Assembly: GCA_947259645.1 (NCBI GenBank)
Contig: CAMYND010000012.1
Span: 20,793-84,792, forward strand
Direction: 5' to 3'
Source: Thermodesulfovibrionia bacterium
GTDB lineage: Bacteria > Nitrospirota > Thermodesulfovibrionia > UBA6902
Length of the DNA stretch: 64,000 nucleotides
Shown: piece by piece, positions 48,702 to 59,174 of the stretch
Layout: each line of letters opens with the position of its first letter
Numbering within the stretch: position 1 is the first letter of the stretch
Position numbers and translations under genes: made by a program
The notes under the pieces: model-generated
Told to the model about the DNA's origin: nothing
Seen by the model: the letters and a program-made list of their open reading frames with translations, nothing else
Database searches by the model: none

Positions 48702-49456
48702 TTCTCTACCTCCCTGTCTGATATTTTACCACAACTCAACGAGGAATCCATGTCATCCTTGAACAGGAGTTTCCCCAAATTTAAGCCCTGTCATGATTTT
48801 GAATATCCTAGCATATAACCATGATATTATCACCCTTTGGAAAAGGTCGATCCGAATGCATGGTTTCGGAATGTGGAAATTATTGCAGCCCAAAAAATCG
48901 GTCGGGAGACGGTGCACTATGTGATCAGTGTTTATAAATACTACACTGCCTATAAATTGCTTCTGGACAAAGGCCGACTGCAGAAAGAAGCCGGGAAAAG
49001 TCACTGACAAAAAAGAAATAAGTGACATGCAATCTGAACTGATTCTCTTCTCAAAATGGCACATATATAATTGTTTAAAAAACACAAAAATAAATTATTT
49101 GCAATAATATATATGTCAATTTGTTGAAATACTGCAAGCATTTGATATACTTGAGATTAAACTTATCTTTGAGTAATTTACGAAAAGTGGATTTGGAAAC
49201 AAAATTTATGATGACGGATTAGCGAAAAACTTCCAATTATGCTTTAACCCCAGACATTTAAACGCTTTAAAAGCCCCAAAATCATAGTGAGGTACTTACA
49301 CTTTCGGTTAGCCCATGGTCTTTATATAGTATTTTTTATTCATAAATCAATAACTTATGCCTCATCTGTATTCATTGCAGAATTATAATTGTGAATTGTA
49401 TTTTACAATATTTCATTGGAGGAATAGTTGTGATATTGCATTCGAACTGGCAGTAC

Positions 49457-49732
49457 TCAGGCAATCTTTATTTTGAGCTGCTTCCCCAAAGCTGATGCAA
49501 CACGCTCAAGTGTTGATAGCTTGATATCTTCAGCATGATTTTCTATCCTGGAAATAGCAGTCTTCTTCGTCTTCAGCCTGCGAGCCAGTTCCTCCTGAGT
49601 AAGCCCGGCAGATTCACGAGCCTGCTTAAGCATAACACCGATCTTGAACTGTTCAAATCCTTCGTCATAGTCTTTAGCGAACTTGCGGTCTCTCTTCTTT
49701 CTCGTAGCAATATACTTTTTTAAATCGCTCAT
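49457..49732 (-). CDS. HigA-like XRE-family HTH antitoxin
   Basis: 91 aa. [31 protein letters not shown] is a Cro/C1-type HTH. The start ATG overlaps the stop of the upstream toxin remnant (ATGA). Confidence 0.7.
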   Translation of the reverse strand: MSDLKKYIATRKKRDRKFAKDYDEGFEQFKIGVMLKQARESAGLTQEELARRLKTKKTAISRIENHAEDIKLSTLERVASALGKQLKIKIA

Positions 49733-49880
49733 TTTGTTTTCCTCCTTTTCAGGAAATCCTTTTTATAAGCTTCTGCTTTCTCGATCTCTCTCTTCGGGGT
49801 TTTCTGTGTCTTTTTAACTAACCCGTGAGTCAGGACAACTAACAGGTTTTCCTATAAATAAACAGAAGACTCTATAGGCA
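49729..49880 (-). pseudogene. Degraded Gp49/HigB-like (RelE-superfamily) toxin gene: short N-terminal stub, in-frame TAG, and a C-terminal 40-codon fragment
   Basis: C-terminal fragment ...[34 protein letters not shown] matches the Gp49/HigB C-terminus (LLHGFxKKTQKTPxxEIExAxxR). Upstream MAQMPIESSVYL is followed by TAG. There is no intact ORF of about 100 aa. Confidence 0.4.
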
Positions 49881-50123
49881 TTTGAGCCATGCTGAAAGGT
49901 TTAAAAAACAAAGGTCCTGCCCATAGAGCTATGTTAACTTGTATGTTAACATTTGTCGAGGCGGGATAAGCTGACTAAACCTGCATGTAGTTGTTACCGA
50001 TACTGTGAAATTAATAAATTGATGCGTTTTCAAAATCTAAATCAGGCTGGGATTGGTGGATTTAAGATTTATAATGTATACAGAAAGTCGTATTTGAGGA
50101 AATGTAACACAGGAGTATCCATA

Positions 50124-53100
50124 TCAATACTGGCCAACCCCATTAATGAACCAGCCGTGACTCCGGTAGTCAAGGTCTGTGAGGTCATCGTCAAAATCAG
50201 TAAAATTGTATCCAAGGCCAAGCTTAAAATATTTATTCATGCGCCGGTAGATGCCGATAATGAGGCCATGGCGCTGGTCATCTGCTTCCTGTACTCGCAG
50301 CCACTGATATTTCAGCAGTCCGTCCCACTTTTCGTGGAGATAGTAACGACCGATAATTGCAGCATAATCAACTTGTGTATCATACCAGTCCCCGTCACCT
50401 CGCTCTTCCCTGATCTGTCCCAGTTTATATGCGTATTTGGCCCCCACCTCAATGCTGTGTCCCAAATCATAAATTCCTTCCAAAGAGAAGACATGTGACT
50501 GTTCATCCAGATTATCTCCATCATCCTGCCCGGGCCCCCCAAGGTCATAGAGATAGGTATACTTGCCCAACATATTCAACCGGTCGTCTGAAACCGGGCG
50601 GTAGGCAAAACCTAAATCAGCTTCAATAAATTGCGCGTCACCATCAGGATCGATCCTGTCATCAGTATTGGAGATATTCAGTTTTCCCAACAGCGTTAAC
50701 CAGTCATATGCCTGATAGTTAATAGAGTTTGTTGTTAGCCACTGTTGTATCTCTTCCTGCCCGCTATCGTGGCGATACTCAAGTTTAGTTCCCGAACGTG
50801 TTTTATCATCTTTATAATTAAGTGAGACCGTTCCGACATTCCGCTCAGTGTCACCCGTTGACCCCTCTGTATCGCTTGACTGGAAGGAAATACCAAGGGT
50901 TGTCCATTTTGAAAGAGCATAGTCAAGCCCATATACCTGAGCAATGCCTGCCTGTACATCACCATGGTTGTACTGATGTTCCGTATACACATTGAGCTGG
51001 TTGCTTATTGCACTGCGCTGCCCGATAGTAAAAATACCGCGGCTGCCGTCAGTGCGGTCCTTTGAAAGGGTATACGTCCCGTAGATGGTTCTCGTGTCAC
51101 TTTGAGCATAGTCTGCACCGAGATTCACAGAACTTCCCCGGTCACCCGCACTGACTTCAGCACTGACAAATAATTTACGTATGATTTTTGCTCTTATACC
51201 AAGAGTCGCCATTTTATTGTTTTTATAGTATTCGTTTTTATCGAGCATTAATTGACCTGCGCCATATACATTGATATGAGGGGTTATATCATAGGCGAGA
51301 CGCAGGGCACCGAGAGTTCCTTGTACTTTATTCTCATCTGCCGGCTCCTCTGTAGTATGTCGCACTTCACTGCTCACCGTCCACTTATCGCCGACTCTGT
51401 AGTCTGCCTGCAGGCTTAAGGCCTTTTCTCTTTTCACTGTAGCCTGACTCAGCACGGTCCCTCGAAGAGACAGGGATAGCTCATCTGTTATGTTACCGTG
51501 GCCCTCTACACCGTATTCAACAGTCTTGTACCGATCGCTGAGGCGAGAGATTGAAAAACCGTCATCCCGTTCTTTCCACCATGCTGCTACAGCACCATCG
51601 TATTTGTTATCTGACATCTCAAGGAGATTCATACGTGCCTCGAGACTGACCGCATGACCGCTGATATCATTTGATGAAGTTATTGGATTCTTATCTGTAA
51701 AGCCCAGTCCACCATCACTTGAGGTGAAGGCATAATTACTTTGGCGGGCATCACTGGCAGCGAATTCTCCTTTTAAATACGTACCTCTTCCTGCCTTGAC
51801 GGTTACGTCAAATCCTTTGAGTTCATAGTCGGTGTTATCTCTGTTCTCATGAACATACGTTCCGCCAATGGCAATATGGTCACTAATCCAGCCTTTACCG
51901 CGCGCACCATATGTAGCCTTGTCAGCATCAAACCCACTGGGCACATACTCATAGTCAACCATTAAAAAGACATCATTTCCGTCCAGCGGCTTATCTTTGA
52001 TAATAGATGGACCGCTTTGATTCGCAATCTGGGTGAGAGGGCGTGAAAGTATAATCCGCCCCTGGATCTCATCAATCTCATAATCACGACCGCGCACAAG
52101 AGGAATATTCTCAACAACACGCTCAGTGTCACGCCCGCGTATTTCTACCCATATTTTTTCAGATCCCTGAACAAGATCAGTATTTTTCAAATAATAAAGG
52201 CTTCCGCCCGTTGCTTTGAGTTCATTATGGGCAAATGCGGTCTGAGCCTCTGACGCAAAGGCTGCCAATTCAGTACCGGTCAAACTGGTATTATAATTCC
52301 CCCACAGGACCTGGGACTTGTCCCAATCAACGCGCACATAAAACTTACCCTGGCTGTCGGTATCCTGAATAGTTGTTGAATCATCGCCATATACAGGATA
52401 AAAACGGTCAGGATCGAGTCGTCTGAAAACAGCGCGAGGATCTTTTTTATGGAGGTTACTGAATATATTATTGAGTTCATCTTCCTGCGTATCCATCTGG
52501 GCAGTAACCAGGTACTTCCCTTTGATTTTCCCCTTGAGGTAAAATGCCAGGCGCCCGTCTACAAAGACTTCTTCATCGAAGTGGTCATCAACAGACACTG
52601 GTTCAACGCTGCCGGATATGTTGTTTTCACCAACCGTTAAATCCGCTATGCCGACCATGAAGAAATAGTTTTCTGTCACATCAAGAGAAAGCTCCCTTTT
52701 CCATATCGCACCCCTTCTGTCAATAATATCTACTCTGAACGTATGCTGACCGGAAGCGAGAAGATGCTCAACAGCAAAGCTGCCATCGCTGTCGAGAGGG
52801 ACAGATTCATCATTTACCTTTAATGTGTACCCCTCCGGGATATCTGACCCATGGATCCTCACCCGGCTCCCGGCAATCGGTATCGTCTGCCGTGCCAAAT
52901 GGGACTCACCGTAGATTTCAGCGCCTTTGAACGTACCTTCGCCGGACTGTTCTTTCGTAGTGATTGAGGTGTCATCATATTCATTTACAAGATAAAGCCT
53001 TCGTGGTTTTGTTTGATCCAGATGGCCCTCACTATCATAAACTCTCAGTACATAGAGGAGTTCTTTTCCGGCACTCAGTCTGATATCTGAATCAGTTTCT

Positions 53101-56100
53101 CCTGACCATTGTACCGTGTCAGCCAGGCTGATCTTATTGCCCTTAATGACTTTAAGTGGCTTTACAAAATCAGTATCAGTTGCATGGGTAATTATTAATT
53201 CCCAATGATCAATAAAAGACCGGTAGTTTGAATATATACTAAAATCGACCGGTTTAATGAGACTTCCATCTCTTGTCATCACATTTGTTGTAGCTGTTAT
53301 ATCGAGACGCGGATCAACAATGGCAGGGTCCTGGGTTGCCCATATAACGCCGCCATCAGGAAGCCTCAGCCTGCTTCTGAGTTCCATGGAAGCCGGTTGA
53401 TTCTCCACCACCTTGCGCTTTTCTGCAGGGACTTTTTCTTCAATTACCTTCACAATAATTTCATCGTACCAGATCTCAACCTCAACCCGGCGATTCTGTG
53501 CCCTACCTTCAGGTGTGTCATTGTCAGCTATTGGTTCGTTGGGCCCTTTTCCCTCATAAGTCATGAACTCACCCGGAAGCTGGATTGCCTCCCGCAGGAC
53601 CTCTCCTGCCATTTCCGCTCGAGCTCGAGACAGACCATAATTGTTTTTATAGAGCTTCCTTGTGCGAGGTTTGACTACAGGTTTATTATCAGTGTGGCCA
53701 ATTATGTGCAGTCGGAGGTTTTTCTTGCCAGAAAGACCGTCTATTACCGTAATTAATGACTTTTTATCCGTCTCGCTGATGCGTGAATTGCCCGATTGAA
53801 AACGCAGAGGTTCTATAATATATTTCAGTTTTACTGTCTTTGTTTCGATAATTTTTCTTTGTTTTATCGTAAAGTTGCCGGAACTGTCAGAACCTGTAGC
53901 ATTCTTGTCCCGGTCAACTATTTCCATTGTGTATCCATTACTTCCGGAACAGACTGCGGTTTGACATTCTCTGCTTTTTTCAGGAAATTCATCTGCGTGT
54001 GCGGTGCCTATAAAAATATCACCGAGCATCCCGAATATGTCACCTATCATCGGCAGCACTGATCCTGATTCTCCGGAATCCTTAATCTTATCAGGTGATT
54101 CAGTTTTTGATGATGAGTCGATCAAAATGATTTTCAGATTTTTCATGATCTCTTCACCGAGGAGTTCTGTGAGAGCTTTTCGCAGACTATCTGCACGTCG
54201 AAGAGAAAGATCTTCCCGGGGATTCTCCAGAGCAACTCTTATTGTTCCATGGCGGTAAACTCTTATGGCACTTGCAATCTTCTCAATATTTGGTCGATAT
54301 TCCGAGCGGATACTGGATTGGCCGGCTTCGAAAAAGAGTTCACCCAGGTTTACCTTGACTTCTTTTTCAGGCAATGCCTGTGCTGGCAATTTTATGCCAA
54401 AGTTAATCTTACTCATTATCCCCTGGGTTATGCGCAGCACCCGCGGGTTTTCAGTAGTAAAGAGCGCACCCTGCGGCAATGTTGCGGAATCAACCTTGAT
54501 TATGAAATTGCGGCCGCGCTCGAATCGTCCGCCATCTACATCTGCTATGTGGTAGCGGCCATAAGAATCTGTTTCAATAAGAAGCCCGGAAGGAGTTGCC
54601 AGCCTGACTCCGGGAATTCCCTGTTCATGAATACCATGGTTTGTGATGGTAATCACTAACTCGTGATGGGTAGCACTCGGTGGTGTTGATGTACCGATAG
54701 GCTTACCTTCAACATTAATGGTTCTTTTCACCACAATATTCTGTCCTGTTAATCCACGGGCTTTATCTCCTCTATGTTCAGCCCTGATATTTCCTTCTTC
54801 GTCAATAATAAGCCGTGTGCCCTCTTTTGTTGTGATGATTATGTCAGAGAGGACAGCTGTATTTACCGTCGTTCGAATAATAACCTGATGATTATCAGGC
54901 AGATCAGACTCACTGCTCCGTCCAGGCAAACTGCCAACTGATATTCCTACCTCCGGGGATATATAATTTTCCTCTGCTTTCCGTGCTCCGTCACCAAAAT
55001 CAATAGTCGTATTGCTTATGTCAATCAGATCAGTCTTTATGTAAATGTCCAGAGCATCAGCAGAATCCTGCCACCCGTCTTCATCGCGGTCATTGAAGAC
55101 CTTACCAATAATTGTTGTTTTCTCAAATATCGGATCAGCAATAACCACAACGCTTTCAATGGCAGTATTCCCTATAATATTGTTATTAAAATATGGTGTT
55201 GCCCGGTTGATATATTCACCCTGAGTAATACCTGAACCGGCCCGGAGCAGATACCTGAATTGCACTTTTTCATTTCCGGCAAGGTCTATAGGCTCAAAAA
55301 TCAAGGGCCTGTAACCAGTGACGCTGATAGATGATTTGATGTCATCAGAGGTATTTATCAGTCCATCGGCTCCTGCACGCACCAACCTGGCTGAGGTATC
55401 CACATATTTAAAACCGGCTGGAATTAAGTCATGGAGAGTTATGTTGTTTATCAACATTGATTGTGTGTTTTCAGCGGTGACAGTATAGCTCACCATGTCA
55501 CCTATAGTAACTTCCTTTTTTGATGCCTTCTTTGTGAGCAGTATTGATCCGGATGACGGCGGATCAAGAGGGATGTCGTTGCCGATAAGGTCACCGCTCC
55601 CAACAATAAACCTGAATGCGAGGTAATACACGCCGGTATTAATTCCATCCGGATTATTCACTGCTGGTCCTGGTAATGGATCAGGAGCTGCCGATGGAGG
55701 GATAAGAGTTGATCTGAAGCTATAACTTGCATTCGGGGGTGTTACCTCGATAACATAGCTGGCAATGCCTGCAAGTGCCCACGCGTATGCTCCATCTGCA
55801 GCAGTTACCTGAGTAAAGGCCACAAAATCTCCCGCATCAATTACTCCATTGGTATTGTTGTCCTGGTAGATATTAACAACAGCATTTTCAATCGGATCCC
55901 CTGTTACCGCGTCGTAGACAATACCAGCAGGATCAATATATGGAAAATTAGCGATTACAGTACCGCCGGGAACCACATTAACCTGCCGTTGAGAACCTCT
56001 GAATGTACTGTTTGGCTGATCCACAACAACCATCACCGGACTTTCCATGACATTTGCAAAGGTATAGAACCCGTTAGCATCCGTAGTGGTTGTCTGTAAT

Positions 56101-59100
56101 ATAATGTCATCAGAAGTTCCACTCATCCCGTCAGGTCCAGGTGCAAGCAATTGAACCGGGATACCTATGAATTCTTCGCCGCCGGTTATAGAATTGTCAT
56201 AATTCAGATCATGAAAAACATTGCCCTCGACAATACCGCCATTGTCATCGTTTACAACAGTGGCTGTTGCCTGGTTGTCAGAGAGAGTGACGCCTCCTGT
56301 TTCATTACTGAGGTTAATGGTAAATATTTCGTTTGATTCCGAAGTTGTATCACCCGTTACATTTACCGTAATGTCCTTGCTGGTATCACCGGGCAGGAAG
56401 GAGAGCGTCGTTGTTGCAACCGCAGTATAATCACTATCTGCGACAGTGGCTGTTCCATCAGCTGTAGCATAATCAACGGTGATGGTACTGTCGCTGGGAT
56501 TGCTTAAGCTGACGGTGAATGTATAGGTTGTTATACCGGAATTGCCTTCTGCCTGTGATACATCGTTGATGCTGATGCTGGTGCTGTCATCATTATTAAT
56601 AGTTCCCTGTCCCTGATTGTCTACTATTGATATATCAGTTCCGGTTTCGTTGGAGAGATCGAGAGTAAAGGTCTCATTTGACTCTACCGTTGTGTCACCG
56701 GTCACAGTCACTGTTACGCTCTTGCTGGTCTCACCCGGGAGGAATGTGAGTGTCGTAGCGGAAATAGCTGTATAATCAGAGTCAGCAGCGGTCGCAGTCC
56801 CGTCATTTGTTGCATAATCAACGGTAACAGTGCCGGCACTGGGATTGGACAGGCTTACCGCATAGGTAAATGAAGTTGTCCCGGAATTACCCTCGGCGAT
56901 GGCAATGTCATTAATACTGATAGTCGCGCTGTCATCATTGTTCAGTGTTCCCACTCCCTGACTATCAGCGATTGTTGCTCCAGTCCCGCTTGTCAGGTCA
57001 ACGGTAAAGGTTTCATCTGTTTCTACAGTAGTATCACCGTTTGTGCTAACAGTGATATTCTTGCTGATCTCACCGGGGAGAAACGTGAGCGTGGTAGTCG
57101 AGATAGCTGAATAATCAGTGTCAGCTACGGTGGCAGTCCCGTCGTTTGTTGCATAATCAACGGTAACAGTGCTGGCACTGGGATTTGAAAGGGTTACATT
57201 AAAGGTAAATATTGTTGTGCCGGAATCACCTTCGGTGATGGCGGCATCATTAATTGAAATAGTGGTACCATCGTCATTGTTAATGGTTCCCTGCCCCTGA
57301 TTGTCCGCTATTGAGACATCAGATCCGGTTTCATTGAAGAGATCAACCGTAAAGGTCTCATTTGACTCTACGGTTGTATCACCGGTCACATTCACTGTAA
57401 CGTTCTTGCTGGTCTCATTGGGGAGAAAGGTGAGCGTGGTAGTCGAGATAGCTGAATAATCGGTATCAGCTACGGTGGCAGTCCCGTCGTTTGTTGCATA
57501 ATCAACGGTAACAGTGCCGTCACTGGGATTTGAAAGGGTTACATCAAAGGTAAATGAAGTTGTAGCGGCATTACCCTCGGCAGTGGCAATATCATTAATG
57601 CTTATAGCCGTACTGTCATCGTTGTTGAGTGTTCCCACACCCTGGCTGTCTGCTATAAATGCTCCAGAAGGGCTGGTCAGATCAACCGTAAAGGTCTCAT
57701 TTGACTCTACGGTTGTATCACCGGTCACATTCACTGTAACGTTTTTGCTGGTCTCACCGGGGAGAAAGGTGAGCGTGGTAGTAGAGATAGCTGAATAATC
57801 ACTGTCAGCTTCAGTGGCAGTCCCATCGTTTGTTGCATAATCAACAGTAACAGTGCCGGCACTGGAGTTGGAAAGGGTCAGGTCAAAGGTAAATGATGTT
57901 GTGCCTGAATTGCCCTCGGCTATAGCTACGTCATTGATTGAGATCGTTGGCAGTACCGTCAATGTGACCGGGCCGAATGCTGAGCCTGTCAGCCCCACAG
58001 GACCTGAAGCAGATGGTGCGCTCGTGGTGTTATTGTTTGTGCTGGTGGCACTGACACTTTGCGTGATCGTACAGGTGCCGCCGGGCACAATGGTGCCGCT
58101 ATTGAAACCTACAGTCGTGTCGCCATTGACTCCTCCGGTGAGGGTTGCGCTGCCAGCTCCGCTGCAGACCACACTGCCCGCGGCATTGTTAACCAGCGTG
58201 CCCGTATATATGTCGTTGATGCTGACACCGGTCAGATTGCCGGGATTGCCAGCCGGGTTGCTCACTGTGATTACCATGCTGGATGTGCCGCCTGCGGAGA
58301 TTGATGTCGGGGTGAAACTCTTCGTAACTATCGGTTTGGCATAGACATTTATCGTATCTGATGCTGGTCCGGCATTGTTGCCGGATGATGTCTGCAAGGC
58401 GCCGGCTGGAATCGTATTTGTAGCAGTACCCTCGGTGCTGCTCGTAACATTAACAACAACAGTACATCCGCCTGACGATATGGATGTGCCGCTGGCAATC
58501 GTGAAATTCGTTGCAGATGCCAAAGCACTGACTCCGGCACAGCTACCTGTATTTCCCGCTGTATTAATGGTCATACCGGTCGGGAAGGTGTCGGTAAAGA
58601 TGCTCGTGAGCGTGATTGCCCCTACATTCGAGTTACCAATGGTAACGGTAAGGTCAGTATTATCACCGCTGGCAAGATCGCTTGCAGCAAATGACTTTGT
58701 TATGGTCGGAACAACAGTATCATTATCCGTAATAGTCCCGGTGCCGGTATCAGAGTCACCAACAGCGGTATTGGAAGCGGTCAGATTGACCGTATAGGTC
58801 TCACTTGCTGCTTCCAAAAGTGCACCTCCGGTTGCCGTAACATCAGCAAACCCAACCGTGACGGTAAAGGCGCCTGCTGCCACTTCATTATCCAGCGTAA
58901 CGGTATAGAGCATTCCGGTGCCCTCAGTTTCGGTTACATTATCCACCGTAACAGATGCGCTGTCATTGTCCGTAATAGTCCCGGTGCCGGTATCAGAGTC
59001 ACCAACCGCGGTATTGGAAGCGGTCAGATTGACCGTATAGGTTTCACTTGCTGCTTCCAAAAGCGCATCATCCAGGGTTGGCACGGTAAACTGCTGTGTC

Positions 59101-59174
59101 TCCCCTGCGGTACCGGCAAAGTTCAAGACAACAGCGTCATTGCCATAGTCTTCAGGACTGGCTGAGGGTAACAA
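50124..59174 (-). CDS. Giant cell-surface protein: Calx-beta tandem repeats, SdrD-B/Cna-B-like and DUF11 domains, internal OmpA-like peptidoglycan-binding domain, and a long C-terminal region (possible outer-membrane beta-barrel). Probably continuous with 59152..60513.
   Basis: 3016-aa ORF. At least 8 Calx-beta-like units (DYATNDGTAT...SKNVTVNVTGDTTVESNETFTVDL...NNDD). DANGFYTF (SdrD-B/CarboxypepD_reg-like). DUF11-like GSILLTKKASKKEVTIGDMVSYTVTAEN. OmpA-C-like RLHIIGHTDNKP...YGLSRARAEMAGEVL...GRAQNRRVEVEIW. A C-terminal region of about 1100 aa rich in alternating aromatic/Gly-Asp-Tyr beta-strand-like patterns, ending ...FINGVGQY. Confidence 0.8.
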   Translation of the reverse strand: MLPSASPEDYGNDAVVLNFAGTAGETQQFTVPTLDDALLEAASETYTVNLTASNTAVGDSDTGTGTITDNDSASVTVDNVTETEGTGMLYTVTLDNEVAAGAFTVTVGFADVTATGGALLEAASETYTVNLTASNTAVGDSDTGTGTITDNDTVVPTITKSFAASDLASGDNTDLTVTIGNSNVGAITLTSIFTDTFPTGMTINTAGNTGSCAGVSALASATNFTIASGTSISSGGCTVVVNVTSSTEGTATNTIPAGALQTSSGNNAGPASDTINVYAKPIVTKSFTPTSISAGGTSSMVITVSNPAGNPGNLTGVSINDIYTGTLVNNAAGSVVCSGAGSATLTGGVNGDTTVGFNSGTIVPGGTCTITQSVSATSTNNNTTSAPSASGPVGLTGSAFGPVTLTVLPTISINDVAIAEGNSGTTSFTFDLTLSNSSAGTVTVDYATNDGTATEADSDYSAISTTTLTFLPGETSKNVTVNVTGDTTVESNETFTVDLTSPSGAFIADSQGVGTLNNDDSTAISINDIATAEGNAATTSFTFDVTLSNPSDGTVTVDYATNDGTATVADTDYSAISTTTLTFLPNETSKNVTVNVTGDTTVESNETFTVDLFNETGSDVSIADNQGQGTINNDDGTTISINDAAITEGDSGTTIFTFNVTLSNPSASTVTVDYATNDGTATVADTDYSAISTTTLTFLPGEISKNITVSTNGDTTVETDETFTVDLTSGTGATIADSQGVGTLNNDDSATISINDIAIAEGNSGTTSFTYAVSLSNPSAGTVTVDYATNDGTATAADSDYTAISATTLTFLPGETSKSVTVTVTGDTTVESNETFTLDLSNETGTDISIVDNQGQGTINNDDSTSISINDVSQAEGNSGITTYTFTVSLSNPSDSTITVDYATADGTATVADSDYTAVATTTLSFLPGDTSKDITVNVTGDTTSESNEIFTINLSNETGGVTLSDNQATATVVNDDNGGIVEGNVFHDLNYDNSITGGEEFIGIPVQLLAPGPDGMSGTSDDIILQTTTTDANGFYTFANVMESPVMVVVDQPNSTFRGSQRQVNVVPGGTVIANFPYIDPAGIVYDAVTGDPIENAVVNIYQDNNTNGVIDAGDFVAFTQVTAADGAYAWALAGIASYVIEVTPPNASYSFRSTLIPPSAAPDPLPGPAVNNPDGINTGVYYLAFRFIVGSGDLIGNDIPLDPPSSGSILLTKKASKKEVTIGDMVSYTVTAENTQSMLINNITLHDLIPAGFKYVDTSARLVRAGADGLINTSDDIKSSISVTGYRPLIFEPIDLAGNEKVQFRYLLRAGSGITQGEYINRATPYFNNNIIGNTAIESVVVIADPIFEKTTIIGKVFNDRDEDGWQDSADALDIYIKTDLIDISNTTIDFGDGARKAEENYISPEVGISVGSLPGRSSESDLPDNHQVIIRTTVNTAVLSDIIITTKEGTRLIIDEEGNIRAEHRGDKARGLTGQNIVVKRTINVEGKPIGTSTPPSATHHELVITITNHGIHEQGIPGVRLATPSGLLIETDSYGRYHIADVDGGRFERGRNFIIKVDSATLPQGALFTTENPRVLRITQGIMSKINFGIKLPAQALPEKEVKVNLGELFFEAGQSSIRSEYRPNIEKIASAIRVYRHGTIRVALENPREDLSLRRADSLRKALTELLGEEIMKNLKIILIDSSSKTESPDKIKDSGESGSVLPMIGDIFGMLGDIFIGTAHADEFPEKSRECQTAVCSGSNGYTMEIVDRDKNATGSDSSGNFTIKQRKIIETKTVKLKYIIEPLRFQSGNSRISETDKKSLITVIDGLSGKKNLRLHIIGHTDNKPVVKPRTRKLYKNNYGLSRARAEMAGEVLREAIQLPGEFMTYEGKGPNEPIADNDTPEGRAQNRRVEVEIWYDEIIVKVIEEKVPAEKRKVVENQPASMELRSRLRLPDGGVIWATQDPAIVDPRLDITATTNVMTRDGSLIKPVDFSIYSNYRSFIDHWELIITHATDTDFVKPLKVIKGNKISLADTVQWSGETDSDIRLSAGKELLYVLRVYDSEGHLDQTKPRRLYLVNEYDDTSITTKEQSGEGTFKGAEIYGESHLARQTIPIAGSRVRIHGSDIPEGYTLKVNDESVPLDSDGSFAVEHLLASGQHTFRVDIIDRRGAIWKRELSLDVTENYFFMVGIADLTVGENNISGSVEPVSVDDHFDEEVFVDGRLAFYLKGKIKGKYLVTAQMDTQEDELNNIFSNLHKKDPRAVFRRLDPDRFYPVYGDDSTTIQDTDSQGKFYVRVDWDKSQVLWGNYNTSLTGTELAAFASEAQTAFAHNELKATGGSLYYLKNTDLVQGSEKIWVEIRGRDTERVVENIPLVRGRDYEIDEIQGRIILSRPLTQIANQSGPSIIKDKPLDGNDVFLMVDYEYVPSGFDADKATYGARGKGWISDHIAIGGTYVHENRDNTDYELKGFDVTVKAGRGTYLKGEFAASDARQSNYAFTSSDGGLGFTDKNPITSSNDISGHAVSLEARMNLLEMSDNKYDGAVAAWWKERDDGFSISRLSDRYKTVEYGVEGHGNITDELSLSLRGTVLSQATVKREKALSLQADYRVGDKWTVSSEVRHTTEEPADENKVQGTLGALRLAYDITPHINVYGAGQLMLDKNEYYKNNKMATLGIRAKIIRKLFVSAEVSAGDRGSSVNLGADYAQSDTRTIYGTYTLSKDRTDGSRGIFTIGQRSAISNQLNVYTEHQYNHGDVQAGIAQVYGLDYALSKWTTLGISFQSSDTEGSTGDTERNVGTVSLNYKDDKTRSGTKLEYRHDSGQEEIQQWLTTNSINYQAYDWLTLLGKLNISNTDDRIDPDGDAQFIEADLGFAYRPVSDDRLNMLGKYTYLYDLGGPGQDDGDNLDEQSHVFSLEGIYDLGHSIEVGAKYAYKLGQIREERGDGDWYDTQVDYAAIIGRYYLHEKWDGLLKYQWLRVQEADDQRHGLIIGIYRRMNKYFKLGLGYNFTDFDDDLTDLDYRSHGWFINGVGQY
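56300..57900. repeat. Near-identical tandem DNA repeats (period about 342-345 nt, at least 4 copies) encoding the Calx-beta units inside the giant gene
   Basis: The same 60-nt strings (e.g. ggcagtcccgtcgtttgttgcataatcaacggtaacagtgc...) recur at about 56790, 57130, 57480 and 57815. A further about 85-nt exact duplicate lies at 58735-58820 / 58975-59060. Confidence 0.6.

Noticed and set aside
48753-49085. 110-aa minus-strand ORF, and a plus-strand fragment (…EIIAAQKIGRETVHYVISVYKYYTAYKLLLDKGRLQKEAGKSH*) in the AT-rich non-coding stretch 48820-49020
   Set aside because: No start or RBS context, no family match by eye, and AT-rich low-complexity surroundings. Probably debris of decayed genes within the accessory islet rather than functional genes.
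49953-50498. 181-aa plus-strand ORF upstream of and overlapping the giant gene's 3' end
   Set aside because: It overlaps the well-supported C-terminus of the 3016-aa minus-strand protein. No RBS and no recognisable family. Likely spurious.
52280-58797. Numerous 60-160-aa ORFs on both strands inside 50124-59174 (e.g. 57853..58344, 58375..58797, 54249..54659)
   Set aside because: All are embedded in or antisense to the giant repeat-rich gene. Their Ala/Val/Pro/Thr-rich translations are the typical mirror-frame artefacts of Thr/Gly/Asp/Asn-rich repeat proteins.
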